DNA of 36,840 nt from Oscillospiraceae bacterium (GCA_049298835.1 JBAQWI010000170.1:1-36840), one strand, 5' to 3'. Counted from the first letter of the stretch, positions 1 through 9,468 are shown. The notes: generated by a model not told the origin, from the letters alone. Made by a program: numbers and translations.

Positions 1-562
1 GTAGGGTTGCCTTGTCAATCGGACCCTGTACACCTGTTACAATATAACCATCCTTATCAATAAAAAGAGTTGTCGGAATAGATGAAATTTCATAGGCATA
101 TGCACCCGCTTGCTCAGTGTCAAAATAGACTGGGAACGAAAAGCCTTTGTCTGTGACATATTCTTGACCCTTTTCTTTTGTTTCTCGCTGCCCATCAACC
201 AAATCAACCATTACAAATGTGATATCTTTGCCGACTTCACCATAAACCTTGTCAAATTCAGGCATTTCTGATTTGCAAGGTGGACACCAACTTGCCCAAA
301 AGTTAAGCACAATTGGTTTGCCGAACAAGTCAGATAATTTTACGGAATTTCCGTCGCTGTCCAATACCGTAAAATCGGGGGATTTAACCTTCTCTTTTGC
401 AGAGCTACCAGTATTGCTCTGCACCCCACCTTGACTTTGTGCTATATCGATGTTGTTTTGTGGGCTTGCCTTTTTGCTTAGTGTATTGTATGCAATTGTG
501 GCTAGTGCAATAAAGATTATAAAAGCCAATATTGCAAGGATTGTTTTCTTCTTACTGTTCAA
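1..562 (-). CDS. TlpA/ResA-like thiol-disulfide oxidoreductase (redoxin), 3' end runs off the window
   Basis: Not in ORF track (no stop inside window). Minus-strand frame from TTG at 562 (RBS GGAGGA upstream) reads MNSKKKTILAILAF... (hydrophobic anchor), then VLNFWASWCPPCKSEMP (CxxC) and YEISSIPTTLFIDKDG; lies directly downstream of ccdA. Confidence 0.9.
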   Translation of the reverse strand, partial: MNSKKKTILAILAFIIFIALATIAYNTLSKKASPQNNIDIAQSQGGVQSNTGSSAKEKVKSPDFTVLDSDGNSVKLSDLFGKPIVLNFWASWCPPCKSEMPEFDKVYGEVGKDITFVMVDLVDGQRETKEKGQEYVTDKGFSFPVYFDTEQAGAYAYEISSIPTTLFIDKDGYIVTGVQGPIDKATL

Positions 563-598
563 CAGAATGTTCCTCCTATATAATGATGTTAAAATTAA

Positions 599-1279
599 TT
601 AGAATGTTAATAGGGATAGGAAATATCCCATATATCCAGTCATCATTAGAATACCAATGATAACCAATAAACCTCCTGAAATGATATTAATAACTTTATA
701 GTTTTTCTTGATAAAATCAAATGTAGACTTTAACTGGTCTACTAAAACTGCACTTACGATAAAGGGTATGCCCAACCCTAATGAGAATGTTAGTAGCATT
801 AAAGTGCCTTCTAATGCCGAGCCTTGCTGGGAAGCAAGCAGTAATGCTGAGGCTAAAAATGCACCAACACAAGGTGTCCAGCCAATTGAAAATACTACAC
901 CAAAAAGTATCGCTGAAAAAAATCCCAAATCTTTTGTCTTTGTCTTTCCAATATGGGTAAGATTTAAAAATCCTATTTTTAGTACACCTAAAAAATTAAG
1001 TCCAAATATGACTACAATAAGTCCTGTAATAATGTTAAAAATAGTGGAGTAGTCACGTAATAATTTTCCTACAGTTCCTGCAAAAGTACCAAGAGCAATA
1101 AAAACTAATGAAAATCCAATAACAAAACCAATCGCATTGGTCAACGCTTTGCTTCTGCCATTTTTAATGTTGTTGGAGTCATTTGCTGTAAAATATGAAA
1201 TATAAATTGGCAACATAGGAAGTAGACATGGGGAAATAAAGGTTATGATACCCTCCAAAAATAAAATTAAGTACTGCAT
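599..1279 (-). CDS. ccdA: Cytochrome c biogenesis CcdA / DsbD-family membrane electron transporter
   Basis: Motifs FISPCLLPMLP and GWTPCVG, about six hydrophobic segments; start moved from 1330 to ATG 1279 (MQYLILF) because AGGAG lies just upstream. Confidence 0.9.
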   Translation of the reverse strand: MQYLILFLEGIITFISPCLLPMLPIYISYFTANDSNNIKNGRSKALTNAIGFVIGFSLVFIALGTFAGTVGKLLRDYSTIFNIITGLIVVIFGLNFLGVLKIGFLNLTHIGKTKTKDLGFFSAILFGVVFSIGWTPCVGAFLASALLLASQQGSALEGTLMLLTFSLGLGIPFIVSAVLVDQLKSTFDFIKKNYKVINIISGGLLVIIGILMMTGYMGYFLSLLTF

Positions 1280-1342
1280 AGCTATCGTATTTACTCCTAA
1301 CATAATTGATATAATATTAGTATACCACAAATATATATAAGT

Positions 1343-1363
1343 TTATGTGACAATATCACATAA
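1343..1363. promoter_or_regulatory. Palindromic candidate operator TTATGTGA-N5-TCACATAA between divergent ccdA and aldo/keto reductase genes
   Basis: Perfect 8-bp inverted repeat; overlaps the -35 position of a minus-strand extended -10 (TGGTATACT, 1327-1319). Confidence 0.45.
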
Positions 1364-1419
1364 GTAAAATTGAAAATATTCTTGTGGAAAAACAGCAAAT
1401 ATTAATGCGATTTTTATTA

Positions 1420-1448
1420 TTGCATAATCTATACGTTTAAGGTATTAT
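1420..1448 (+). promoter_or_regulatory. Putative sigma-A promoter of the aldo/keto reductase operon
   Basis: TTGCAT-17 bp-TATTAT upstream of RBS AAGGAGG and ATG 1477. Confidence 0.45.
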
Positions 1449-1476
1449 AGATTATATACCAAAAAAGGAGGAAATT

Positions 1477-2583
1477 ATGTACTATAAACAATATGGATTT
1501 ACAGATATAAAAGTTTCGGCAATAGGACTTGGAACAATGCGATATGATGACGAAGATATTACAGCAGGTAGATTAGAAAAATGTGCTGAAATACCACTGT
1601 ATGCCTTTGAAAATGGGATTAATTATTTTGATTCGGCACCATTTTATTGCCAGGATAAAAGTGAGGAAATTACAGGAATTGCTCTTTCACAGTTGAAACG
1701 TGATAAATTTTATGTTTCCTCAAAAACAAATTTTAATGCAATTGGTAAAAAAATTTCAAGAGATACATTTAGACAAAGGTTAGAAACATCACTCACTCGT
1801 TTAAAGGTTGACTATCTTGATTTCTACCACCTTTGGTGTTTACTTAGTCCAGAATCATACGAAGAGCAAATGGATGCTTTGTATGGCTTTTTTGAGGAAG
1901 CAAAAAATGAAGGTTTGATAAAAAATATTGTTTTTTCCTCACATATGCAGGGAAAAGAAATTGAAGATGTCATTGCAAGCAATAAATTTAAGGGAATGTT
2001 GATTGGATATAATGCTTTAAATTATCGCTTCAGACAAAGTGGCATTGAGGCAGCATATAAAAACGGAATGGGTGTTGTTGCAATGAATCCTCTAGGTGGA
2101 GGACTTATTCCACAAAATGGAGCTGCATTTGATTATCTCACAGAGGGAACAGATTTGAATGTTGCACAGGCAGCGTTGCGCTTTGTTGCTTCACACAAGG
2201 AAATTACAATCACTCTAGCGGGTTGTACAACTAAGGAGCATGTTGATGATGCTGTAAAGGCTGTTGAGGGTTTAAAAGAATACAAGGCTAGTGAAATCGT
2301 TGCTCAGTATGAAGATAAGGGAATGTCCTTTAACAACCTTTGTACAGGCTGTGGTTATTGCAAGGGATGTCCAGTAAATATTTCCATCCCAAAATTTATG
2401 GATTCCTATAACGAGAAAATCCTAGGAGGGAATGATGATGCAACTACAGGTCGTTTGAAGTATCATTGGGGTATCAATATTGAAGATGCAGCAAAATGTA
2501 TTGGTTGCAAAAAGTGTGAAAAACAATGCACACAACATCTTCCAATCATTGAACGACTAAAAGAAATTGCAAAACTAGCATAA
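1477..2583 (+). CDS. Aldo/keto reductase with C-terminal 4Fe-4S dicluster domain
   Basis: AKR motifs (VSAIGLGTM, GINYFDSAPFY, LKVDYLDFYHLW); C-terminal CTGCGYCKGCP and CIGCKKCEKQCTQ; strong RBS. Confidence 0.9.
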   Translation: MYYKQYGFTDIKVSAIGLGTMRYDDEDITAGRLEKCAEIPLYAFENGINYFDSAPFYCQDKSEEITGIALSQLKRDKFYVSSKTNFNAIGKKISRDTFRQRLETSLTRLKVDYLDFYHLWCLLSPESYEEQMDALYGFFEEAKNEGLIKNIVFSSHMQGKEIEDVIASNKFKGMLIGYNALNYRFRQSGIEAAYKNGMGVVAMNPLGGGLIPQNGAAFDYLTEGTDLNVAQAALRFVASHKEITITLAGCTTKEHVDDAVKAVEGLKEYKASEIVAQYEDKGMSFNNLCTGCGYCKGCPVNISIPKFMDSYNEKILGGNDDATTGRLKYHWGINIEDAAKCIGCKKCEKQCTQHLPIIERLKEIAKLA

Positions 2584-2623
2584 TATCAAATTCGCCGATT
2601 CTATCGGCTAAGAAGGAGCAAAT

Positions 2624-3148
2624 ATGAGGACTAAAAAAATAGTATACGGAGGATTGTTAATTGCACTCGGCATCATTCTGCCACAACTTTTTCACGTATT
2701 TGGACAAACAGCGGGTCAAACATTTCTGCCAATGCATATTCCGGTACTGTTAGCTGGATTGTTAATCGGTCCATATTGGGGTATGTGTGTTGCAATTGCG
2801 GCTCCAATTCTCAGTTCACTCATTACTGGTATGCCACCAGTTCCAATGCTTTATTTTATGCTACTTGAACTAGTTGTATATGCAGTAATATCAGGACTAT
2901 TGTCTGGTAAAATAAACATTTACTTAAACTTAATTATTACACTTATTTGTGGCAGGATTGTTTATGGATTGTCTCTAGTAGCTGCAGTAAACTTGTTTGG
3001 TATGACATTTAAGTTTGCAAATACTGCTGCGTTTTTTGGTGGAATTTTAACTGGATTACCTGGCATTATAATTCAGTTAGTTTTCATCCCTATAATAATG
3101 TATGCACTAAAAAAAGGGGGATTGACCCTTGCAAAGCAAACTAGATAA
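2624..3148 (+). CDS. ECF transporter S component (substrate unknown)
   Basis: 174 aa, very hydrophobic, LLIALGIILPQLFH and FLPMHIPVLLAGLLIGP motifs typical of S components; RBS AAGGAG. Confidence 0.85.
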   Translation: MRTKKIVYGGLLIALGIILPQLFHVFGQTAGQTFLPMHIPVLLAGLLIGPYWGMCVAIAAPILSSLITGMPPVPMLYFMLLELVVYAVISGLLSGKINIYLNLIITLICGRIVYGLSLVAAVNLFGMTFKFANTAAFFGGILTGLPGIIIQLVFIPIIMYALKKGGLTLAKQTR

Positions 3149-3560
3149 GGCTATAAAAAAACTACATGATGAAAATTTGTGCTGTGTAGTAATAAAAGGT
3201 GATGAGTGTTTCACTTCCACTGATTTTGGAATTAAACCACTTATGATATTTTTGAGACAAGACCAGCATTTCTTTCAAAATGCGGTTATCGCAGATAAAA
3301 TTATTGGCAAGGCTGCTGCACTTTTAATGATACTTGGTGGCGCAGAACAAGTCTACGGTGAGGTTATGAGCGAAGCTGCAATTGGTGTATTAGAAGTGAA
3401 TAGTATTGACTACAAGTATGGGGAAACAGTACCATATATTAAAAATCGTACTGACACAGGAATGTGTCCAATGGAGGAGACTGTTAAAAATATTTCCTCT
3501 CCAAAAGAAGCCTTTGATGCACTAGAAAAAACGATAGCAATTTTAATGAGTAAAAAATAA
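3129..3560 (+). CDS. DUF1893 (TM1506-like) protein
   Basis: Motifs GIKPL, IADKIIGKAAA, YGEVMSEAA, IKNRTDTGMCPME; TTG start overlaps the upstream gene. Confidence 0.8.
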   Translation: MQSKLDKAIKKLHDENLCCVVIKGDECFTSTDFGIKPLMIFLRQDQHFFQNAVIADKIIGKAAALLMILGGAEQVYGEVMSEAAIGVLEVNSIDYKYGETVPYIKNRTDTGMCPMEETVKNISSPKEAFDALEKTIAILMSKK

Positions 3561-3596
3561 AAAATAACCCTCACAAATTTGTGAGGGTTATTTTTT
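3559..3596. terminator. Bidirectional intrinsic terminator
   Basis: Perfect palindrome AAAAAATAACCCTCACAAA/TTTGTGAGGGTTATTTTTT between convergent genes. Confidence 0.9.
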
Positions 3597-3598
3597 GC

Positions 3599-5167
3599 TT
3601 AAAACATCATCTGTTCAATATACTCATCTTGGAAAAATCCATCACCAGATAGCTCAAAATAATTACACGTTGCAGTAATTTCTTTGAGCGTTTTAAGCCC
3701 GTTTTTTGAGAGCAATGCCTTTATAGCACCCATTCCAGCAGCATTCCCTACTGCATGGGTTGATTCGAGTTTCTCTCTTGGCAAAAGTCCAATCTCACAA
3801 GCGCTTTTTTGATTGATATATGAGCCGAATCCTCCAGCAACAATCACCTTGTCAATACCAGTAATATTCAGTCCACTCTTGTGTAACAGCGTGTTAATTC
3901 CACCTTTAATAGCAGCTTTGGCAAGCTGTACTTCCCGAATGTCCTTTTGAGTAATCGTGATGCCACTTACGAAGTCAAGGATAAATTCATCATCCTTGTA
4001 CCGCTCAGCATATCTTGCTGGTATTTTGTCCTTGTCAAGTCTGCCTGTTTCATCTATGATACGAAGTCTTAACAGACAAGCTATTGCGTCAATCAATCCA
4101 GAGCCACAAATTCCAATAGGGTTTGAGTTGTTAATTGTAGAAAACTTTATCTCATCATTTTCTATATATACTTTGCTGATTGCACCGTCAATTCCACCAA
4201 CACCATGCTTAATATGAGCACCCTCAAATGCAGGCCCAGCAGCAGTTGCACAACATACAAACCCATTTTTGTCGCCAAGCGCCATCTCCCCATTTGTTCC
4301 AATGTCAATATAGATGCAAGGACTTTCGAATTTGTCTGCATTGCAGGATAAGAGCCCAGCTGTAATATCACCGCCAACATAGGAAGCGACACAGTCTGCG
4401 AGGTAAACGTTTGCCTCATCAGCAATGTTTAGGCCAAGTAGTTTTGCATTCATATCGTTGCCGAAAAGGGAATTAGGGGTGAATGGTGCAACGGCAATAG
4501 AACTTGCATCAAGACCACATAACAGATGAAGCATCACGGTATTTCCGGCAATAAAAGCATCTTTTATATCACAAGTATTTTTGCCTGTCTTGTTGCAAAA
4601 TTCCGCAATAAAACCGTTTAACTCGGATATGATTGTAGTTTTCAAAAGCTCTTTTCCGTTATCATTGTTCATACAATTTTCGATTCGAGATATAACATCA
4701 GCACCAAAGCTACGTTGTTTATTCAATCCACTTGCGGTATAAAGACATTTGCCATTTTTAAGTTCATAAAAGAAACAAGCAACAGTAGTTGTACCTATAT
4801 CTACTGCCATTCCCACTGCATTATCCGAGGATATCCTGCTGTTAACCGCATACACATCAGTCGTGCCACTGGCTTGAATATTATAACTCTCACTGATAAC
4901 TTCTATTTCACAATCTCCAATAGGATAGGTCATACAGGCTAGCCTACAACAGGCTGTAATCTCATGTTGACTTAAAATTTCTTTTTCAACATCTGTAATT
5001 TTGCTTAAACTACCGGTTGCAGTTACCTTACATTTACCACATTTACCGTTTCCATTACATGGAGCATCAATATAAATTTTATTTTCCTTTAATATTTCAA
5101 GAATACTGCATTTATGAAACATTTCAATTGTAGTTTTATCAGTCGAACTTGTGACAATTATTTTCAC
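3599..5167 (-). CDS. ASKHA-domain Fe-S ATPase, RACo/RamA-like reductive activator of corrinoid proteins (DUF4445)
   Basis: N-terminal 2Fe-2S motif PCNGNGKCGKC...RLAC; AVDIGTTT, FGADVISRI, IDIGTNGE, TAAGPAFEG, GICGSGLID, QKDIREVQLAKAAI, AGGFG. Confidence 0.9.
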   Translation of the reverse strand: MKIIVTSSTDKTTIEMFHKCSILEILKENKIYIDAPCNGNGKCGKCKVTATGSLSKITDVEKEILSQHEITACCRLACMTYPIGDCEIEVISESYNIQASGTTDVYAVNSRISSDNAVGMAVDIGTTTVACFFYELKNGKCLYTASGLNKQRSFGADVISRIENCMNNDNGKELLKTTIISELNGFIAEFCNKTGKNTCDIKDAFIAGNTVMLHLLCGLDASSIAVAPFTPNSLFGNDMNAKLLGLNIADEANVYLADCVASYVGGDITAGLLSCNADKFESPCIYIDIGTNGEMALGDKNGFVCCATAAGPAFEGAHIKHGVGGIDGAISKVYIENDEIKFSTINNSNPIGICGSGLIDAIACLLRLRIIDETGRLDKDKIPARYAERYKDDEFILDFVSGITITQKDIREVQLAKAAIKGGINTLLHKSGLNITGIDKVIVAGGFGSYINQKSACEIGLLPREKLESTHAVGNAAGMGAIKALLSKNGLKTLKEITATCNYFELSGDGFFQDEYIEQMMF

Positions 5168-5323
5168 GTTGTTGTCTACCTTTCATTGTGAATTTTACCT
5201 TAAGGGTTTTATTTCATTTTAGCATAAATATAGTGCAATATAATGTGAATATTTTAAGATAATTTGTGATTTATTGACATCATTATAATTGTTTGACAAA
5301 CTGTTTAATAAAATTATAGTAGT

Positions 5324-5356
5324 AAAAAACTCCTGTTAAAACAACAGGAGTTTTTA
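5324..5356 (-). terminator. Intrinsic terminator downstream of cls and the CPBP remnant
   Basis: AAAAACTCCTGTT-N5-AACAGGAGTTTTT hairpin with T-run on both strands. Confidence 0.8.
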
Positions 5357-5368
5357 TTGAAATATAAA

Positions 5369-5567
5369 TTAAATAATCGAAAAAATTACAAGCCCAACTG
5401 TATTGATAGCTAGGTTTGCAAATATATGCAATAGCCATGAATTGTAAATGTTTTCATTCTTTTCATTAAGCCAGTTAAATAGCAACCCAGTGAAAAAAAG
5501 TCCAACAATTAATAAAATAGTTAGCATCCTGTTAAACCAACATTTAACCATAGGACAGTTTTTTCAT
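5369..5567 (-). pseudogene. Remnant of a CPBP (CAAX protease/Abi-type) intramembrane metalloprotease
   Basis: 60-aa ORF retains only a C-terminal GLLFNWL...NIYNSWLLHIFANLAIN segment; an out-of-frame ATG at 5567 (MKKLSYG*) directly after cls may be the original start. Confidence 0.55.
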
Positions 5568-5577
5568 ACCAATGCCC

Positions 5578-7101
5578 CTACATTAAAGGTGAAAACAGAT
5601 TTAAGAATGACTGAAGTACTCTAACAAACCAGTTTTCATTGCGACATTCGTCAAGTGTTATTCTCTTACTGCTTACAAAACAATCTATATGATCTTTTCT
5701 AATTGCTGCAATAGAATCAGTATTGTGTAAGAAAACTCCACATTCAAAATGAAGATAAAAGCTTCTGAAATCAAAGTTTTGTGTTCCCACAATAGCAAGC
5801 TCATCGTCGCATACAACAGTTTTTGCGTGGATAAATCCGCCGGTATATTCAAAAATTTCAACACCAGCCTCAACAAGTGTTTGATAGTTATATCTTGTAA
5901 CTAGATGAACATACCACTTATCGGCATTTCCAGGAGTTATAATAGAAACCTTAATGCCACTATGAGCAGCACAGCATAAAGAGGTAATCATTTCGTTATC
6001 TAAAATTAAATAAGGAGTAGTAATACTGATATAGTTTCTTGCATTGTTAATCATATTGATATAGACCATTTCACCGATTAGATGATCGTCAAGGGGACCG
6101 TCACCAAATGGCATAACATACCCATTTGCGTGACAATGTTCAGTTGGTCTATATTTTTGGTAATTAATATCATCATAGTCATAATACTGCCACATCTGTA
6201 AAAATAGTACGGAAAGGCTCCAAACCGCCTCACCTTTTAACATAATAGAGGAGTCTTTCCAATAGCCAAACCTATCCACCAAATTTATATATTCATCGGC
6301 TAAGTTTATGCCACCAGTAAAACCTACATTACCATCGATTACAGTTATTTTTCTGTGATCACGATAATTCATAAAAGTATCAATGGAGGGTTTGAATACG
6401 TTAAACACATGAATTGCTATTCCTAAATCACGAATTTTTTTATAATAACTAGTGGGAACAGTGTTGATACAGCCAAGGTCGTCATACATCATTTTAACCT
6501 CAACACCATGCGCTACTTTTTTTGCTAAAATATCTAATATCCTATCCCACATTTCGCCTTTTTGAATAATAAAATACTCCATAAAGATAAATTTTTCTGC
6601 CTTTTCAAGTTCTTCACAAAGACGTTTAAAGAAAGTCTCGCCAGGACTTAAATACTCTGTTATAGTATTTTTGTAAATTGGAAGAAACGATGTATTTTTA
6701 ATATATGTAACCTGTTTTGAAATGGCACAGTGGTTTTCTTTAAGGTCATTAATTATGGTTTCATCTTGTACGGTTAAGCTTTTAGTTAATTTATAGATAC
6801 TTTTAAATCTTTCTACTTTAATTTTTGAAATCTTATTTTTCCCTGCTAAATAGTAAATAAACCAACCTAAAAGTGGAAAAAGCGCAATTGGTGTAACCCA
6901 TGCAAGTTTAAAAATAGGATTATCCTTTTTGGAAACAACATAAAGTATTGTTATAAAACTCATAAGAGTGAAGGCACCGTACATATAAAATCCATATTGA
7001 CTTAAAAAAAGTACCATCAGCACGAGTGCAAGAACCTGTACAAAAATACAAATTCCAAATATAAATAATCGGCTTGTTAGAAATCTCAATATTTTTTTCA
7101 T
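5578..7101 (-). CDS. cls: Cardiolipin synthase
   Basis: Two PLD HKD motifs (DHRKITVIDG, IHAKTVVCDD), N-terminal TM helices, RBS GGGAGG. Confidence 0.95.
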   Translation of the reverse strand: MKKILRFLTSRLFIFGICIFVQVLALVLMVLFLSQYGFYMYGAFTLMSFITILYVVSKKDNPIFKLAWVTPIALFPLLGWFIYYLAGKNKISKIKVERFKSIYKLTKSLTVQDETIINDLKENHCAISKQVTYIKNTSFLPIYKNTITEYLSPGETFFKRLCEELEKAEKFIFMEYFIIQKGEMWDRILDILAKKVAHGVEVKMMYDDLGCINTVPTSYYKKIRDLGIAIHVFNVFKPSIDTFMNYRDHRKITVIDGNVGFTGGINLADEYINLVDRFGYWKDSSIMLKGEAVWSLSVLFLQMWQYYDYDDINYQKYRPTEHCHANGYVMPFGDGPLDDHLIGEMVYINMINNARNYISITTPYLILDNEMITSLCCAAHSGIKVSIITPGNADKWYVHLVTRYNYQTLVEAGVEIFEYTGGFIHAKTVVCDDELAIVGTQNFDFRSFYLHFECGVFLHNTDSIAAIRKDHIDCFVSSKRITLDECRNENWFVRVLQSFLNLFSPLM

Positions 7102-7170
7102 AATAACCTCCCAAACTGCAATATTATTACCATTTTATCACAATATTGCAGTCTATTCAATTAAATTTGG

Positions 7171-7350
7171 TTATTTGTCATTTTCATCTACATATTGCTT
7201 TGAAAAGTCTGCATTTTCGTCAATTGTATTTGGAACTACATTCCCAATTTGCACTTTTTTAGGAGTTATAGTATTGGTTAAATACATTGGTATTACAGTC
7301 TTTTGGGGATCAATCTTGGCTTTATTACCATTTCGCATATTGTTTTTCAA
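7171..7350 (-). CDS. 59-aa small protein, DUF3787-like (clostridial spore-associated small protein family)
   Basis: Below the ORF-track cutoff. AAGGTG RBS 7 nt before TTG; reads MKNNMRNGNKAKIDPQKTVIPMYLTNTITPKKVQIGNVVPNTIDENADFSKQYVDENDK*; C-terminal K-x-[YW]-VDEN-x-K resembles DUF3787. Confidence 0.6.
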   Translation of the reverse strand: MKNNMRNGNKAKIDPQKTVIPMYLTNTITPKKVQIGNVVPNTIDENADFSKQYVDENDK

Positions 7351-7370
7351 AATTATACACCTTCTTTAAT

Positions 7371-7407
7371 ATAATAACTATATTATTAGCAATAATATAG
7401 TTATTAT
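7371..7407. repeat. Perfect 17-bp AT-rich inverted repeat
   Basis: ATAATAACTATATTATT-AGC-AATAATATAGTTATTAT in the divergent intergenic region. Confidence 0.8.
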
Positions 7408-7451
7408 GTGTTAATATATCGCTAAAATCAAAAACGTACACACTTTTTTAA

Positions 7452-7480
7452 TTGACTTAAATTGTGAAAATGTGTATACT
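7452..7480 (+). promoter_or_regulatory. Putative sigma-A promoter of the polysaccharide cluster
   Basis: TTGACT-17 bp-TATACT upstream of RBS AGGAGG and ATG 7540. Confidence 0.65.
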
Positions 7481-7539
7481 TAGTTGAGTATAAAGTCAGT
7501 ACTTATAAAAACTAATTATGATTTTAGGAGGGAAAAGAT

Positions 7540-9411
7540 ATGGTATTTAATAAAAAAGACTTAAAATTTAACCTAACTGTTTTGGTTTTATTTGATATCA
7601 TTTCAGTATACCTGGCTATAGTGATTGGATTTAAACTAAGATTTGGGCTTGTTGGGGCTCTGCCAAGATTATATGCTAATAATTTGATGTTCTATGTAAC
7701 TATAATAAGCCTAATAGCGATTATGTCAAATGTTATTCTTCGTTGCTATGGATCTGTATGGCGTTACTTTGGATATAAGGATTTGTTGCGTCAAATTGAA
7801 TCAACACTGCTTACCTCATTATTTGTTGTACTTATTGACAATTTTGTTGGACTTGAAATGCCATTTGAAATGTTTATATTAATACCATCCTTATTGTTTT
7901 TATTTATGGTATTATGCAGATTTGCGCCAAAAGCATATCAGGCAGTCTCAAATAAAAAGTATTCATCCTCAAAGAACAAGAATACAGTAAGAACCTTGAT
8001 TTATGGTGCTGGTGAGGCAGGAAACTATCTTTTAACCAATCTTGAACAAAAGGACAAGGTGGATACCTATCCATTAGGATTTATCGATGATGATCAAAGC
8101 TTGTGGGGAAGAAAGATTGGAAATGTTCCTGTAATTGGTGGTGGAGATACTCTTGAGTTTATCATTGATGATTTAAATATTGAAGAGCTCATTATTGCCA
8201 TTCCTACAGCTGAGGCTGAATTTGTAAAAGATATCTATATGCGTTGTAAAAAGTGTAATGTCGTTGTAAAACAATATGGCACACTTGCAGATGTTACAGT
8301 TGAAGACTTTAGAAATGCCCCAATCAAACAGGTTAATTTTGAGGATTTGCTAAGACGTGATAGCGTTAAATTGAATATGGATATTGTTAACAAATTCATC
8401 AAGAATAAAGTGATTATGGTAACTGGTGGGGTTGGTTCAATCGGATCTGAAATTTGTCGACAAGTGCTTAAATTTGGAGCGGACAAGTTAATTATATTCG
8501 ATATAAACGAAAATGGATTGTTTTATATTAAAAATGAATTTGATGAGCTTGGTTATGCTGGAAGATTTGAGGTTATATTAGGTTCAGTCAGAGATAGAAA
8601 TCGTCTTAAAGAAGTGTTTCAACAATATGAGCCCAATGTGGTTTTTCATGCTGCGGCACATAAGCACGTTCCTATGATGGAAGGCAATCCTAAGGAAGCA
8701 ATTAAAAATAATGTATTAGGTACAATAAATGTTGCCAATGAAGCGATTTTTCACGATGTCGAAAAATTTATCTTAATATCTACAGATAAAGCTGTAAATC
8801 CTACCAATATAATGGGAGCATCAAAGCGTATGGCTGAAATTGCAACCCAAATTATGAATAAAGTCAGCGACACTGATTTTGCCGCTGTAAGGTTTGGAAA
8901 TGTACTTGGAAGTAACGGTAGTGTTGTGCCTTTCTTTGAAAAACAAATTGAGATGGGTGGACCTGTAACCGTAACTCACCCAGATATGAAACGCTATTTT
9001 ATGACAATACCAGAGGCAGTTCAGCTTGTACTTGAGGCTGGCGCAATGGCGAGCGGTGGCGAGATCTTTGTACTTGAAATGGGTGAGCCTGTTTTAATCT
9101 ATGACCTTGCGTGTGATCTAATTAAAATGCATGGACTAGAGCCTAATAAGGATATTGCCATTGAATTTACAGGTCTAAGACCAGGCGAAAAATTGTTTGA
9201 AGAAATATCCCTTGCCGAAGAGGATACATCAAAGACAAGTAATAATAAGATATATGTCAATAAGCCTGTTGAACATGATTCTAAGGAGTTTTCTCGTAGC
9301 ATCAAACAACTTGAAAACATCATAAAAACAGATGATATTGAGGGAGTCTTTCATATAGTTCAAACTATTGTACCAACATTTAACCATAATAATAAAAAAG
9401 ATACTGAATAA
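7540..9411 (+). CDS. capD: CapD/PglF-type membrane-bound UDP-GlcNAc 4,6-dehydratase (polysaccharide biosynthesis protein)
   Basis: Four N-terminal TM helices, IYGAGEAG, VTGGVGSIGSEICRQ, HAAAHKHVP, ISTDKAVNPTNIMGASKR, VRFGNVLGSNGSV, GLRPGEKLFEE. Confidence 0.92.
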   Translation: MVFNKKDLKFNLTVLVLFDIISVYLAIVIGFKLRFGLVGALPRLYANNLMFYVTIISLIAIMSNVILRCYGSVWRYFGYKDLLRQIESTLLTSLFVVLIDNFVGLEMPFEMFILIPSLLFLFMVLCRFAPKAYQAVSNKKYSSSKNKNTVRTLIYGAGEAGNYLLTNLEQKDKVDTYPLGFIDDDQSLWGRKIGNVPVIGGGDTLEFIIDDLNIEELIIAIPTAEAEFVKDIYMRCKKCNVVVKQYGTLADVTVEDFRNAPIKQVNFEDLLRRDSVKLNMDIVNKFIKNKVIMVTGGVGSIGSEICRQVLKFGADKLIIFDINENGLFYIKNEFDELGYAGRFEVILGSVRDRNRLKEVFQQYEPNVVFHAAAHKHVPMMEGNPKEAIKNNVLGTINVANEAIFHDVEKFILISTDKAVNPTNIMGASKRMAEIATQIMNKVSDTDFAAVRFGNVLGSNGSVVPFFEKQIEMGGPVTVTHPDMKRYFMTIPEAVQLVLEAGAMASGGEIFVLEMGEPVLIYDLACDLIKMHGLEPNKDIAIEFTGLRPGEKLFEEISLAEEDTSKTSNNKIYVNKPVEHDSKEFSRSIKQLENIIKTDDIEGVFHIVQTIVPTFNHNNKKDTE

Positions 9412-9468
9412 AAGTATAGCCACAGCAAAGAGCTAGTGGCTATAATGGCGTAAGAAGGAGATAATATA

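Noticed and set aside
249..434. 61-aa plus-strand ORF
   Set aside because: Antisense shadow of the TlpA-like gene, which has a clear WCPPC motif on the minus strand.
5168..5323. Cobalamin riboswitch upstream of the RACo-like gene (also sought at 1331-1476)
   Set aside because: Regions are short, very AT-rich and show no B12-box or GC-rich stems.
7175..7369. 64-aa plus-strand ORF
   Set aside because: No RBS; antisense to the better supported 59-aa minus-strand gene at 7171-7350.
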